A stretch of DNA of 64,000 nucleotides, from positions 20,325-84,324 of the forward strand of contig CAYFUG010000001.1 of the NCBI GenBank assembly GCA_964346295.1, read 5' to 3'. Positions 29,617 through 39,915 of this stretch are shown piece after piece; the stretch's first letter is position 1; the number at the start of each line of letters is the position of its first letter. The translations under genes and the position numbers were made by a program. The notes beneath the pieces are model-generated. The model saw only the letters and a program-made list of their open reading frames with translations, was not told the DNA's origin and did not search any database. Origin of the DNA: an uncultured Bdellovibrionales bacterium. Its GTDB lineage: Bacteria > Patescibacteriota > Minisyncoccia > Moranbacterales > DUUL01.

Positions 29617-31164
29617 TCACAATTCCCTTTCAACTTCTTCACCCTTCTCTCTATCCCAATAAATCACCTTGGAAACTTTCCTCCTCAAATTCACCTTCAA
29701 GCGGCAATAATATTCTCCCTTGCTCCAAAACAAGCGCAACTTCTTCTCGCTACTTTTTTCTAGCTTGAATTTACCATCAAAGGCCGGATAGCTATTTCTA
29801 AATCTTGCCAACCAAAATAGGCGCTTCACCACTCTCCTTTGAGACTCTCTTTTAACATCTTGCTTGCTATAAAAATGCCGATTGATATCCCGCCCAATGC
29901 CAGTTTCTTCCAAAAGCTCTGTATCGTTTTCTCCTGCTAACAATCCCACATAATATACCTGAGGGATCCCTGGGACAAAAAATTGAATTGCTCGAGCCGC
30001 AATATAAGCATTATCATTCTCTCCCAAAGCCGAGTAATAAGTGCAATTAAGCTGATAAATGTCCACATTACTAGAATTGTAACCCGAAGCCCGCAAGGCC
30101 TCATTACCTCCAAAGGACTTAATCAAATTAACCAAATAATCTCGCTCCTTCTCGTTAATCAGGTCTTCTACATCCGGCACCGGCAGCCCGTCATGAGTGT
30201 CCAAAGTAGTGATCTGATTTTCCGGCCGAATTTTAATCCAGCGCTTCAGTGACTGGGTATTCTTAGAGTGGATAGCATCCAACACCAACATCGGCAAGGC
30301 AAAATCATAAATATAATCCACCCCTTTAATTTTGGCCAACTTAAACTGATCAGTATAATGAGAATGGACCTCCGGCAAACTTTTCATTCCAGCCTGATGA
30401 GACACCGCCGAAATCCAGCGAATAAAACTCAGAGTCTGAGGGATCATAAAACTTCGAGTGTCCCGTTCTTTAGCCACATAACCTACTGCATCTAAGCGCA
30501 AAAGGTTCGCTCCTTGCTCCGCCAAAAATTTAATTATTTCTCGAAAATATTTGATTACTTCTTTATTTTTAATATCCAAGTCAACTTGATCAGAAGAAAA
30601 AGTGCACCACAAACTCTTACCTCTTCCGTCTTTCAGTTCAAATTTAATAAACGGAGAACCGGGCCGTGGTCGATAAATCTTGCCCAAAGTAAGACGATTC
30701 ACCCCGCCTTTATGAAAAACAATATCCCAAGCCCGCAAATTATCAGCTGCCCTTTCTAAAAGCCGCACTAAACGAGGATACAGCTTCTTATTAAGCTTAA
30801 TGCGCCGAGAAAACTTTTCCGCACTGATAAACCAGTTCTTATATTTAGAATCCCGGCCTTTTTTAAGGTAATCCTGAAAAATATCCGACTGCGAAGAAAT
30901 ATGATTAACCATAAAATCAACCATTAAATCAAATTCCTGGCCAATTTTTTTGACATCCTCCCAGTCACCAAACTTGGGATCCACCTCAAAATGAGTCAGG
31001 GGTGAAAACCCTCGATCGGAAGAAGAAGGATAAAAAGGTAAAATATGAACTCCTCCTATTACTCCCGAAAAGTCATCCTTTAAAATTTCATAGAGACTTT
31101 TGAGGTCTCCTCCTAAGCTATCCGGATAAGTAATCAGTTGAATTTTATTTTGCAACTGTTTCAT
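29617..31164 (-). CDS. GH13_18 sucrose-phosphorylase-like glucoside phosphorylase
   Basis: N-terminal IQLITYPDSLGG, LRLDAVGYV (nucleophile region), TLDTHDG; about 500 aa without starch-binding extensions. Confidence 0.8.
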   Translation of the reverse strand: MKQLQNKIQLITYPDSLGGDLKSLYEILKDDFSGVIGGVHILPFYPSSSDRGFSPLTHFEVDPKFGDWEDVKKIGQEFDLMVDFMVNHISSQSDIFQDYLKKGRDSKYKNWFISAEKFSRRIKLNKKLYPRLVRLLERAADNLRAWDIVFHKGGVNRLTLGKIYRPRPGSPFIKFELKDGRGKSLWCTFSSDQVDLDIKNKEVIKYFREIIKFLAEQGANLLRLDAVGYVAKERDTRSFMIPQTLSFIRWISAVSHQAGMKSLPEVHSHYTDQFKLAKIKGVDYIYDFALPMLVLDAIHSKNTQSLKRWIKIRPENQITTLDTHDGLPVPDVEDLINEKERDYLVNLIKSFGGNEALRASGYNSSNVDIYQLNCTYYSALGENDNAYIAARAIQFFVPGIPQVYYVGLLAGENDTELLEETGIGRDINRHFYSKQDVKRESQRRVVKRLFWLARFRNSYPAFDGKFKLEKSSEKKLRLFWSKGEYYCRLKVNLRRKVSKVIYWDREKGEEVEREL

Positions 31165-31293
31165 CTTTCACTCTGATTATCAATTTTGATTTTGATTTGT
31201 TTTTTTTATAAGCATTTTATTATATCACAAATCTTTTGAAAATTTTTAGCTAAAATTACCCCAGAGCAACTATCTACTGCTGAGAGTAACTAT

Positions 31294-32049
31294 CTACTGC
31301 TGCAAGTAATCCTCCAAGTCTGGACCAATCTCCACTCCTCTTTGCTTAGCCTCTCGCAAGTAAAGTTGAGCATTCTCTTGATATCCCTGATTTAAATAAG
31401 CAAGTCCTAGCCAAAGAGCTGAAGAAGGATCATTGTCAAAATCTCGATCCTTAAGTAATTCAACTGATTGACCAAAATCGTCATTAAAGTAGTGCGCTAT
31501 GGCTAAATTCTTCCCCGCCGTGCTCTTCCTGTCCGGCTCACTTTCTTGATAAGCTTTTTGGGCGTGCTCCAAAGCCTTAGGATAATTAACTACCCCCGGA
31601 GACTCATCTTCTAAGTCTATATAAAAAAGAGCGAGGGTGTTATTGACCTGAAAATCATCCGAATTAAGTTGATGCGCCTTTCTAAAATGATCTCCCGCTT
31701 GCTGAAAATCATCATCCAAATAAGCAATCTCTCCCTTAATCAAGTGATAATCTAAAGAATCCTTCTTGGCTTCTTCCAGAGCCTTTTCAAAGGTTTCTCG
31801 GGCAAGACCCTCCTCCTCCCTGGAATCATATAAATAAGCCAGGTTTTTCAAGGTGGTAATTCTGGTCTCCTTAGTAGTCGCCTTATCTGCCGCCTCTTTT
31901 AATTGACTTACCACTTCGTCGGAAGTGTCTCCTGCATCAAAACTGGAAACCGCCTGATTGTTTTTATCAACCGACTCTTCGTCCGAAAAAGCATAAATAC
32001 CTCCTATTATTACTATCACTACCAGTACTAAGCGAATAATTTTACCCAT
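31294..32049 (-). CDS. TPR-repeat protein with N-terminal membrane anchor
   Basis: Anchor helix then repeated A..Y...G.Y..A TPR-like units. Confidence 0.6.
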   Translation of the reverse strand: MGKIIRLVLVVIVIIGGIYAFSDEESVDKNNQAVSSFDAGDTSDEVVSQLKEAADKATTKETRITTLKNLAYLYDSREEEGLARETFEKALEEAKKDSLDYHLIKGEIAYLDDDFQQAGDHFRKAHQLNSDDFQVNNTLALFYIDLEDESPGVVNYPKALEHAQKAYQESEPDRKSTAGKNLAIAHYFNDDFGQSVELLKDRDFDNDPSSALWLGLAYLNQGYQENAQLYLREAKQRGVEIGPDLEDYLQQ

Positions 32050-32264
32050 CTTCTTAAGTTACCTTTTTAAATTCCCTCCTTGTAAAAACATAAAATTAAA
32101 AGGCTTCGGCAGCCTTGCCCAAAAGCCTTCTTCTTTACTACTCCTCTTTCGTTATCTCCCGCGACATTAATTTTATTCTCGCTTTAAATTCCTCTTCAAG
32201 GCTCCCTTGCCAACTTAAAATAAAAAACAAAAAATCCGCCGCTTAAGAAGTAATAAAAATAACA

Positions 32265-33740
32265 TTACTCTCCTAGTTTTTTCCGAATGAAAGCTGGAAT
32301 ATCCAAATCCTCGTCACTGTAATCAGCTCCTCCTCTATCACTAGAAGGAGGCGTAGGACGCTTTCCGCCAGAAGCTCTTCGAGGACCAGGGCTAGAACTA
32401 AGTCCAGACCCTGAAGGATTATTATTATCTGATTCAGAATGATCTTCGACATCAATCTTAGTTTTCCGAAAAGAAAACCTCTCTCCTCCAAAAGAAATCG
32501 GCTCTTTGCGAGAAATTTTTTCTTTAATTACCTCGTCGTCCTGGCTTCGATGACTAAAACCGCCTGCCGAAACAATATTCGGACCATCAGAAGGAGCCTT
32601 TCTTGCTTGTTGGCTAGCCTTTCCAAAATTAAAAAAGCGCTGAGAAGGAGTGTCCTCCTCTCCCGCCTCTTTTTTCTCTTCCGGGTCCTCATAACCATAA
32701 TCCACTTCGGGGGTTAAACGAATTTTCTTTTGCTGACCAGAACCAGATCCAAAATAAGAGCGAGAAGGGGCGGAAGGATTAAATTCAAACCCAGTCGCTA
32801 CCACCGTTATTCGCAACTCTCCTTGCTTAATGCCTTCGTCCTTGGAGGCTCCAAAAATAATTCGAGCATTAGGATCCACACTATCAGCAATAATACCCGC
32901 CGCTTCATTTACTTCCATCATGGTAACATCGTCTCCTCCGGTAATATTGAATAATACTCCTTTGGCTCCGTCAATAGAGACATCCAAAAGCGGAGAATTA
33001 ATAGCTGATTTAGCCGCCTGGATAGCCCGCTTGTCCCCCGAGGAAACCCCAATTCCCATTAGAGCTGTTCCGCTCTCTTGCATAATGGCGTTAATATCAG
33101 CAAAGTCTACGTTAACGATTCCGGGCTTGGTAATTAAATCTGAAATACCTTGAACCCCCTGTCGCAAAACGTCATCTACAATCCGAAAAGAACTTACCAA
33201 AGAAGTATTTCTATCAATAATCTGGAGCAGCTTATCATTTTGGATAGTAATCAAAGCATCCACCCGATCTCGAAAATTATCCAAGGATTCCTCTGCGATT
33301 GCCATTCTTTGGCGACCCTCAAAGGTAAAAGGTTTTGTGGCTACTCCCACTGTCAAAGCCCCGGCCTCTTTAGCCGTTTCTGCTACCACCGGAGCCGCTC
33401 CTGAACCAGTGCCTCCACCTGCGCCATAAACCACAAACACCATGTCAGCTCCCTTCAAAATCTCTTGAATTTCATCTCGATTCTCCTCGGCCGCCTGCCT
33501 TCCCACATCAGGGTTCATCCCTGCTCCCAAGCCCCGAGTTAAATTTTTACCAATATGAATCTTCTCGCTAGCCTGGTTTTGATGAAGATCCTGAGCATCA
33601 GTGTTAATTGCCACAAAATCGATTCCTGCCAGCCCACACTCAATCATCCGCTCGATAGCGTTTCCTCCTGCGCCCCCTACCCCGATCACTTTAATCCTAG
33701 CGAAAGTTTCCACATCTGGTTTCACCTCGGCCATAAACAA
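32265..33740 (-). CDS. ftsZ: Cell division GTPase FtsZ with long disordered C-terminal extension
   Basis: GGGTGSGAAPVVAE tubulin signature; NTDAQ; C-terminal DIPAFIRK. Confidence 0.95.
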   Translation of the reverse strand: MFMAEVKPDVETFARIKVIGVGGAGGNAIERMIECGLAGIDFVAINTDAQDLHQNQASEKIHIGKNLTRGLGAGMNPDVGRQAAEENRDEIQEILKGADMVFVVYGAGGGTGSGAAPVVAETAKEAGALTVGVATKPFTFEGRQRMAIAEESLDNFRDRVDALITIQNDKLLQIIDRNTSLVSSFRIVDDVLRQGVQGISDLITKPGIVNVDFADINAIMQESGTALMGIGVSSGDKRAIQAAKSAINSPLLDVSIDGAKGVLFNITGGDDVTMMEVNEAAGIIADSVDPNARIIFGASKDEGIKQGELRITVVATGFEFNPSAPSRSYFGSGSGQQKKIRLTPEVDYGYEDPEEKKEAGEEDTPSQRFFNFGKASQQARKAPSDGPNIVSAGGFSHRSQDDEVIKEKISRKEPISFGGERFSFRKTKIDVEDHSESDNNNPSGSGLSSSPGPRRASGGKRPTPPSSDRGGADYSDEDLDIPAFIRKKLGE

Positions 33741-34144
33741 TTTGCTAAAATAACTAGCTGGGAAACAAAACCCTACTGAACCACGATACCTGGTTTAAAG
33801 TTCTTTCTCCTTTCCCGGCTATTTTTATTTCAGTTTAATTTTTACTTAAAAAATTTTATACTCCCATCTTATTGAATCTCCTGTTCATCTTTATTTAACA
33901 TCAGCTATAATTGAGCCTACCAAAACTACCCACAAAATCAAGCTACCCCTCACCTCCTACTTCCGCCCTCCTTTTTATACTTTCCAAGAAGTAAGATGAA
34001 GTAAGGCTTTAGAAACAATTTCCCTCTCAATAAGAGACTTCCCACTCTCATCACTAGCTGAAAATTACCACGACAAATTCCCTCTCTCCGTAATTAAAAA
34101 AATACAAAACAAGAAAATGCCCATCACCTCCAGAATTAACTTAC

Positions 34145-35452
34145 TCAAGGAAGAATCTTCTTTAGCATTCCTCCAATCCAACTAATTACTCCCTTGGCCT
34201 TTCCTAACTTATCCAAAAAAGAACCCCCTCCAGAGCTAACTCCTCCCTGACCTAGGCCATAACTCTCTTCTCCTTCCTCCAAAAGCCAAAGAATCATTCC
34301 CACCGGTACGGCGAAGGATGGAGTCTCTACTTTATCCACTAAACCACTCAACTCCTTGGGAAAGCCAGTTTGAGCCGGTAGAGCCAAAATGTCCTTAGCC
34401 AAATCTACCATTCCGGGAGTGCAAGCACCTCCTCCTGCCAATACCACTCCCGCCGGGAGTAAAGCAGAACGATTAATTCTCTTCAGTTCCTTCTCTACCA
34501 GATAAAAAATTTCCTCCACTCGAGCTTCGATAATTTCTGCCACATGTTGCCGAGGAACTACTCCTTCCTCATTAGAATCAATCTTGGAAAGATCAATTTG
34601 CTCATCTCGTTTAATTTCACTTACCAAGGCAGACCCATAGTGTAATTTGACCTTTTCTGCGACTTCAATAGAGGTTCGCAATCCAATAGCAATGTCGTTA
34701 GTAATGTGGTCCGCACCCACCGGAACTACCCCCAAATGAATAAGTTGCCGCTCTTCATAGACCGCTAAAGAAGTTGTTCCTCCTCCGATATCCATTACCG
34801 CCACTCCCAATTCTTTTTGCCGCTTATTTAAAACCGCCTTAGATGCTGCGAGAGGAGCCACAATTACCCCATCCACTTGCACTCCCAGCGCCTCTACACA
34901 CTTAAACAAATTCTTGATCTGGGGAGAAATTCCCGTAACCATTAAACCCTGCATTTCCAACCGCACTCCACTCATTCCCACCGGGTCTTTTATATCTTCA
35001 TGCTCATCTAATTTAAACTTCTGGGGAATAACATGCAAGATTTCTTCGTTGGGAGGTAAGTTCATAGTCTGAGAAGCCTCTATCACCCGCTCTACATCAT
35101 CTTCATTTACTTCTCCATCAGCCCTTCCTACCGCAATTACTCCTCGGGTCTCCGAGGATTTAATGTGAGCTCCTCCCACTGAAAGGTAGGCTGCCTGAAT
35201 CTTCACCCCTGAATTCAGCTCAGCCTGAGACAAAGAATTCTTGATAGAATTAGTAACTTCCTCAATGTCTACCACCGAACCGCGTCGCATCCCATTAGAT
35301 CGAGCAATCCCCACCCCGATCACTCGCGGTGTTCCCTCTGAAATCGCCTGTACTACCAGCGTTCTAATAGTGGAAGAGCCAACGTCTAAAGCTACTATGT
35401 ATTCTTCTTTTATCATTTTTATTTTGGAGTAATAAAAAGCCCCTTGCTTCAA
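34145..35452 (-). CDS. ftsA: Cell division protein FtsA (actin-like ATPase)
   Basis: IVALDVGSS, DIGGGTT motifs; immediately upstream of ftsZ. Confidence 0.9.
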   Translation of the reverse strand: MKQGAFYYSKIKMIKEEYIVALDVGSSTIRTLVVQAISEGTPRVIGVGIARSNGMRRGSVVDIEEVTNSIKNSLSQAELNSGVKIQAAYLSVGGAHIKSSETRGVIAVGRADGEVNEDDVERVIEASQTMNLPPNEEILHVIPQKFKLDEHEDIKDPVGMSGVRLEMQGLMVTGISPQIKNLFKCVEALGVQVDGVIVAPLAASKAVLNKRQKELGVAVMDIGGGTTSLAVYEERQLIHLGVVPVGADHITNDIAIGLRTSIEVAEKVKLHYGSALVSEIKRDEQIDLSKIDSNEEGVVPRQHVAEIIEARVEEIFYLVEKELKRINRSALLPAGVVLAGGGACTPGMVDLAKDILALPAQTGFPKELSGLVDKVETPSFAVPVGMILWLLEEGEESYGLGQGGVSSGGGSFLDKLGKAKGVISWIGGMLKKILP

Positions 35453-35865
35453 TTAAACATCTTTTTAACTGAAATTGCTTACACTCTAAAACTAAAGCCT
35501 TTGATCCCTGTCCTCGATGCCATAAAAATGCTCTAATTAAGCCATCCATCCCGAAGGCAACCGAGATTATAAATAATACGCTAAATTATCACAAATTTTC
35601 CTCACAACAAGTTCGCTTTCCTTAAGAAAATTGTCAGCTAAAATTTAGACAAAAAACCTCCCAAGTATTCCCGGGCTGATGATTAACTTTACCTAAGCGA
35701 CTAAAGACTTTTTAATTTTTATCTTTATCATAACTTACCTGATCATTATAGCCGCTTTTGAAAAAAATGCCAAATTTTTCCATTCCAGGAACTTAGACGC
35801 TTCAATTTTAAAATTTCAGCAGTTTAGCCTAGTAATTACGGGTGGGAAAAATTTCTTAAAAATCC

Positions 35866-38475
35866 CTAGCGTCTTAAAGCCAATCGACTACTAAAAGAAG
35901 GCGAAAGAATAAACCAATGAGAATGCTTCAGCTGCCAGTTCTCTCTTAAGACTCCCTCTAAATTCAAGCACTCCCCGAGATCCTCTCGATAGTATATCAT
36001 TCTCCTCAAATCCCAGGCTCTTTCCGGACTCAATCTTCCTAAATCAGCTACCGTTACTCCTCCCCATACCTCTGGGATTGACTCGAGTTCTTTTTGACTA
36101 GAATTCCCTTGTTCTCCTTGCCAAGTCCAATCACCCTCTCGCAACCAGTACCACTCTCCTTCTTCAATGGCACCCTCCTCTTCTTTCCGATAAATCACCC
36201 TATCCGCCGTCTTGTCATCCGGATAGCGCAACTCCACCATCCCGGCTTTATTGAGCAAGGAAAATTTGCACAACTCCCCCCGTGGCAACTCTCGCTCCTC
36301 TCCTGTCTCAATTTTAAAATCATCGTAAATTAGGTGATTGCTTAAACTGTCTTCGTCTTTACCCGTAGCCACTTTATAATCCTTGAGGTTCAAGTCTTCC
36401 TTAGAGTTATTCTTGATAATCAACATCTCACCCTCACTATCCTGCCCTTTCGGATTAGCTAATAAACCAACTATTTTGAGCTCGTGCCGAGGAAATTCCC
36501 TCACTTTAAGCTGAAAGCTTTTAAAGACTTGAGTGCTTCCGTCATCTAAGCGCAAAGTAACTTGATAAGTGCCTTTTTTTTGATATTTATGTCGAGTGGT
36601 CGCCAAATAACTGTAGTGCCCATCTCCAAAGTCCCAACGAAACTTCAATTTATCCTTATCCGGATCAAAAGAGTCTCTTGCGTCAAACTGAGTGTAAATC
36701 CCTCTATAAGACTTCTGGAATCGCTGAATCTTGAATTTAGGCAAATTATTGAGTTGATTAGCTTCTCCAGGAGTTTGAATTCGACCCCATCCCTCCCTTT
36801 TGACCAATTCCCGAGAAGCCAATCCTTCAAAGATAACCTCTTTCTTAGACTGAGACTCTCCCGTGTCTTCGCTTCCGCTCTCATCTCCGCTTTCTTCCAA
36901 TTCTACTAAACTTTCTTTTGAATTTTCTACTGACTCTTCTTCTAAATCTTTCAGAGAAATAAGACTAAATTCCCTACTAAAAGAAGCTCCAGCGCTAGCA
37001 GATCCCGATAGATAAATCTCATCCACTACTGCCTCATTAGGATCCAACAAGCGCAAAACCTCATTGACGTTACGAATACTCAAACTGGTTTCAACGATTT
37101 TAATAATCAGGTATTCCCTGGGAACAATTTCTAACTCTGGTAACTGAAAGTGCTTGCCACTGCCATTCTCTAACTGCCATCCTGCCAAAGAAACTGTCTC
37201 CTGGCTACCAGCATTAAATAGCTCCACCCACTCCCGACTCTGATCTTTACCTTCCGGATTAGATAAAACTTCACTAAAGTAGATTACTCGAGGATATTTC
37301 TGGGGCTCCGGGGGAGGCGGAAATTGGTTCCTCCTTCCCGGAGTAGGCTTAATTGTAAGACTAAAATCATTAATTGCCAGGGACGAATTTTCCTTTTCTT
37401 GTCGAGCCACAGATTGATCATCACCTGGATTGACAGCAAAAAAAGCCTCCTTGGTAGTTAGTCGCTCCTGGGCTTGTGAAGAGAATTGCCCTTCTTCTCC
37501 CCAACAAATTCCGTCCACCAGATCTTCAGGGTGTTTTTTAGAATTAGAATCGGAGCCTTCGCAAAGCAAAATAACACAATTATTTTTGGCTAAAGTTGCC
37601 CTAGTGCTAGCTTGCGCCTCTAAACTTTCCGCGAATCCATCTTTGCTATTAGCCCACACAAAATAGCCTCCCGCCTCAATCCGATCCGTTTTTCCAAAAG
37701 ATTTTAAACTATAGTCTTTCCCACTAGAAGAAAGTTTTCTTAATTTACAACTATCCAAAGAGAGTTCTTTTTGGGATAAATTGTGGATTTCTACCCAATC
37801 ATGAGAAGAGCTCTTCTCATCACCAATCTTGAGTTCATTGATGACTAAAGGATAATCACCCTTTCTTAGCTCGCCTTCGTTAATTACTTCCGAATCACCC
37901 TCTTCACTCGCTTCGCCTTCTTTCTCCTCTTTCTTCTCTTCTTTTAAATCCTGCGATCTCCCCGCCTGCTTTACTCCCTTTAAGTCTTTCGTGTCTACTT
38001 CAACTTCTTCTGACGACAAGTCTTTTTTTGAATTCTTCTCTTCAACTTCCTCGGATTCTTGAATTACCCTTTCTTTCTCTTCTTCAATTCCTAGCCAATT
38101 TAAATTTTCTAATTGACCGCTGTCTTCCTCTGCGCTATTTGACTTCCTTTCTCCTAAAGATTCTGCCTCCCACTGGTTCCCTTCTCTTTCGCCTTCTTCT
38201 CCTATCCCTTGAATCGAATTAGTCTCTAAACTCTCCTTTCTCTCGTCAAAACCTACTTTTTCTAAGTTTTTTAATCCCGAATCCTCCTCTCCTTTCTCTG
38301 GATCTAACAAATTCAAACTTTCAGAAGAAGTGTTCCTAACTTGATCAGCCGCCAAAAAACCTTCTTCTTGAGCCTCTAATAAACCCGGGAAACTGAACAG
38401 CTCTAAAAAAATCAACAAAAAACAAGCCACCCCCGTCTTTCGGAAAATAGCTTGCCAAGTTACTTGCTGGATCAT
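35866..38475 (-). CDS. Large secreted acidic protein with lamin-tail (LTD) domains and a PKD domain
   Basis: Signal peptide; DWVEIHNLS... and GEMLIIKNNSKEDLNLKDYKV LTD-like blocks; FDARDSFDPDKDKLKFRWDFGDG PKD motif; long E/S-rich low-complexity stretches. Confidence 0.6.
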   Translation of the reverse strand: MIQQVTWQAIFRKTGVACFLLIFLELFSFPGLLEAQEEGFLAADQVRNTSSESLNLLDPEKGEEDSGLKNLEKVGFDERKESLETNSIQGIGEEGEREGNQWEAESLGERKSNSAEEDSGQLENLNWLGIEEEKERVIQESEEVEEKNSKKDLSSEEVEVDTKDLKGVKQAGRSQDLKEEKKEEKEGEASEEGDSEVINEGELRKGDYPLVINELKIGDEKSSSHDWVEIHNLSQKELSLDSCKLRKLSSSGKDYSLKSFGKTDRIEAGGYFVWANSKDGFAESLEAQASTRATLAKNNCVILLCEGSDSNSKKHPEDLVDGICWGEEGQFSSQAQERLTTKEAFFAVNPGDDQSVARQEKENSSLAINDFSLTIKPTPGRRNQFPPPPEPQKYPRVIYFSEVLSNPEGKDQSREWVELFNAGSQETVSLAGWQLENGSGKHFQLPELEIVPREYLIIKIVETSLSIRNVNEVLRLLDPNEAVVDEIYLSGSASAGASFSREFSLISLKDLEEESVENSKESLVELEESGDESGSEDTGESQSKKEVIFEGLASRELVKREGWGRIQTPGEANQLNNLPKFKIQRFQKSYRGIYTQFDARDSFDPDKDKLKFRWDFGDGHYSYLATTRHKYQKKGTYQVTLRLDDGSTQVFKSFQLKVREFPRHELKIVGLLANPKGQDSEGEMLIIKNNSKEDLNLKDYKVATGKDEDSLSNHLIYDDFKIETGEERELPRGELCKFSLLNKAGMVELRYPDDKTADRVIYRKEEEGAIEEGEWYWLREGDWTWQGEQGNSSQKELESIPEVWGGVTVADLGRLSPERAWDLRRMIYYREDLGECLNLEGVLRENWQLKHSHWFILSPSFSSRLALRR

Positions 38476-38710
38476 TTTTTTTGATTAACTGCTTAGAGGC
38501 TATTTAAAAAGCTTCTGAATGTTAACCAACTCACCTCACTAAATCTTTTGCCTTTAATATAAACCACCTCTCAACAAAAAGCAATTTACTCTCTAAAAAC
38601 AAAAACAGGCCCTAAAGCCTGCTAATCTATCTCTTATTTAGAACCTCCTAATTCTGATATCCCTAAATACAAACAAACTAGAATCAGCAACCAACTTCCT
38701 GAAAACTTAT

Positions 38711-39124
38711 TTAAAGTAGGTAAGGCCAGAAAATAATCAATCCTACCACCGCTGCTCCCGCTGCCGAAAGAAATACTGCTGCTGCCATTAGATCCTTTAA
38801 AGTTCCCACGTAAGGATGAATCCGTGGTTTTAACAAATTAACCAATCGCTCCAAAAGAGTATTTAAGACCTCTAGCACTAACACCCAAGTAATCATAATT
38901 ACCAACACCACTCCTTCCCACTTTTGAATCGGCAAAATTAACATGGTAATCACCACTAAAATCCCCGCTAGTAACTCAATTTGTAAATTAAGCTCCCTCC
39001 GAAGAGCATACCAAAGTCCTCCCAGCGCATGCCAGAAACTCCTCTTTAGTCTCCCCAACTTCTCCTTCAATGATTCTAATATAGACATAGCTAATTCTAA
39101 TATAAAAACCTTTAATTTAACCAA
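38711..39124 (-). CDS. dgkA: Prokaryotic diacylglycerol/undecaprenol kinase
   Basis: LEVLNTLLERLVNLL ... KDLMAAAVFLSAAGAAVVGLIIF matches DgkA core. Confidence 0.8.
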   Translation of the reverse strand: MVKLKVFILELAMSILESLKEKLGRLKRSFWHALGGLWYALRRELNLQIELLAGILVVITMLILPIQKWEGVVLVIMITWVLVLEVLNTLLERLVNLLKPRIHPYVGTLKDLMAAAVFLSAAGAAVVGLIIFWPYLL

Positions 39125-39244
39125 AAGCTATCTCATAGTAGCAAATTATCTTAAAAAATAAAAGCTTAACTATCAATTTACTTCTCCTAAGTCAAGAAAC
39201 CTCTCCCCTTAAGACCAAGCCTCCGATAGTCACAACAGTCAAGG

Positions 39245-39805
39245 TTAATCCCGGGCATAAACCACATCCAAAATAGCGTACTCGGAACCTACCGGTGTCA
39301 ATCTAGATTCTATCAACACCAGCGTCTTAACCTCTTCCCACCAGTCAATTGTCTCTCGGTAACTCCTTGAATAAGGAACCCTCACTTTGCCCAAAGTCAT
39401 GTGCGGCTTCGGTGGTCGCGCCTCTCGGAAATTAAAAATTTCTTCAATTTGTTGTCTCAGTTTCCTCAGGTCTTCATTAAAAGCCGCTCTAGACCAAATC
39501 ACCTGAGGAGGCCGCCTCCGAACTGTTTCAATTTTCCTAAAATTTATCCAAAAACTTCTAAGATTAATTCTTCTCAGGCCTTTTTTCGCCTCCTCTTCTT
39601 CTGCAACTTGCCCCGGAGGAAGCAAGGTGACATGCAAATTTTGACTAGGGGTCCAACGCACATCACTAAAGTCATCCTGGTGCTGCTTACGCCAGTTGCC
39701 AATCGTCTTTCGTAAAGACCAAGAGGCGGGAATAGCAATAAATAAGCGCTTTTTCATTTTTTGAATAATCTTCCCCTCTTTTAAATACCTTATTAATGCC
39801 AGCAA
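39245..39805 (-). CDS. thpR: 2H-phosphoesterase RNA 2',3'-cyclic phosphodiesterase / 2'-5' RNA ligase
   Basis: Two HxT motifs: LHVTLLPPG and PHMTLGKV. Confidence 0.8.
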   Translation of the reverse strand: MLALIRYLKEGKIIQKMKKRLFIAIPASWSLRKTIGNWRKQHQDDFSDVRWTPSQNLHVTLLPPGQVAEEEEAKKGLRRINLRSFWINFRKIETVRRRPPQVIWSRAAFNEDLRKLRQQIEEIFNFREARPPKPHMTLGKVRVPYSRSYRETIDWWEEVKTLVLIESRLTPVGSEYAILDVVYARD

Positions 39806-39915
39806 AATGAATCAGTTTTTCAGTTTTCGATAAAAACATAGCCAAAGAAAAACTTATCACAAAAGGATAATAGCCTATCCAAAAAAATAACCGCCAAGAT
39901 AGGGATCACTTCAAG

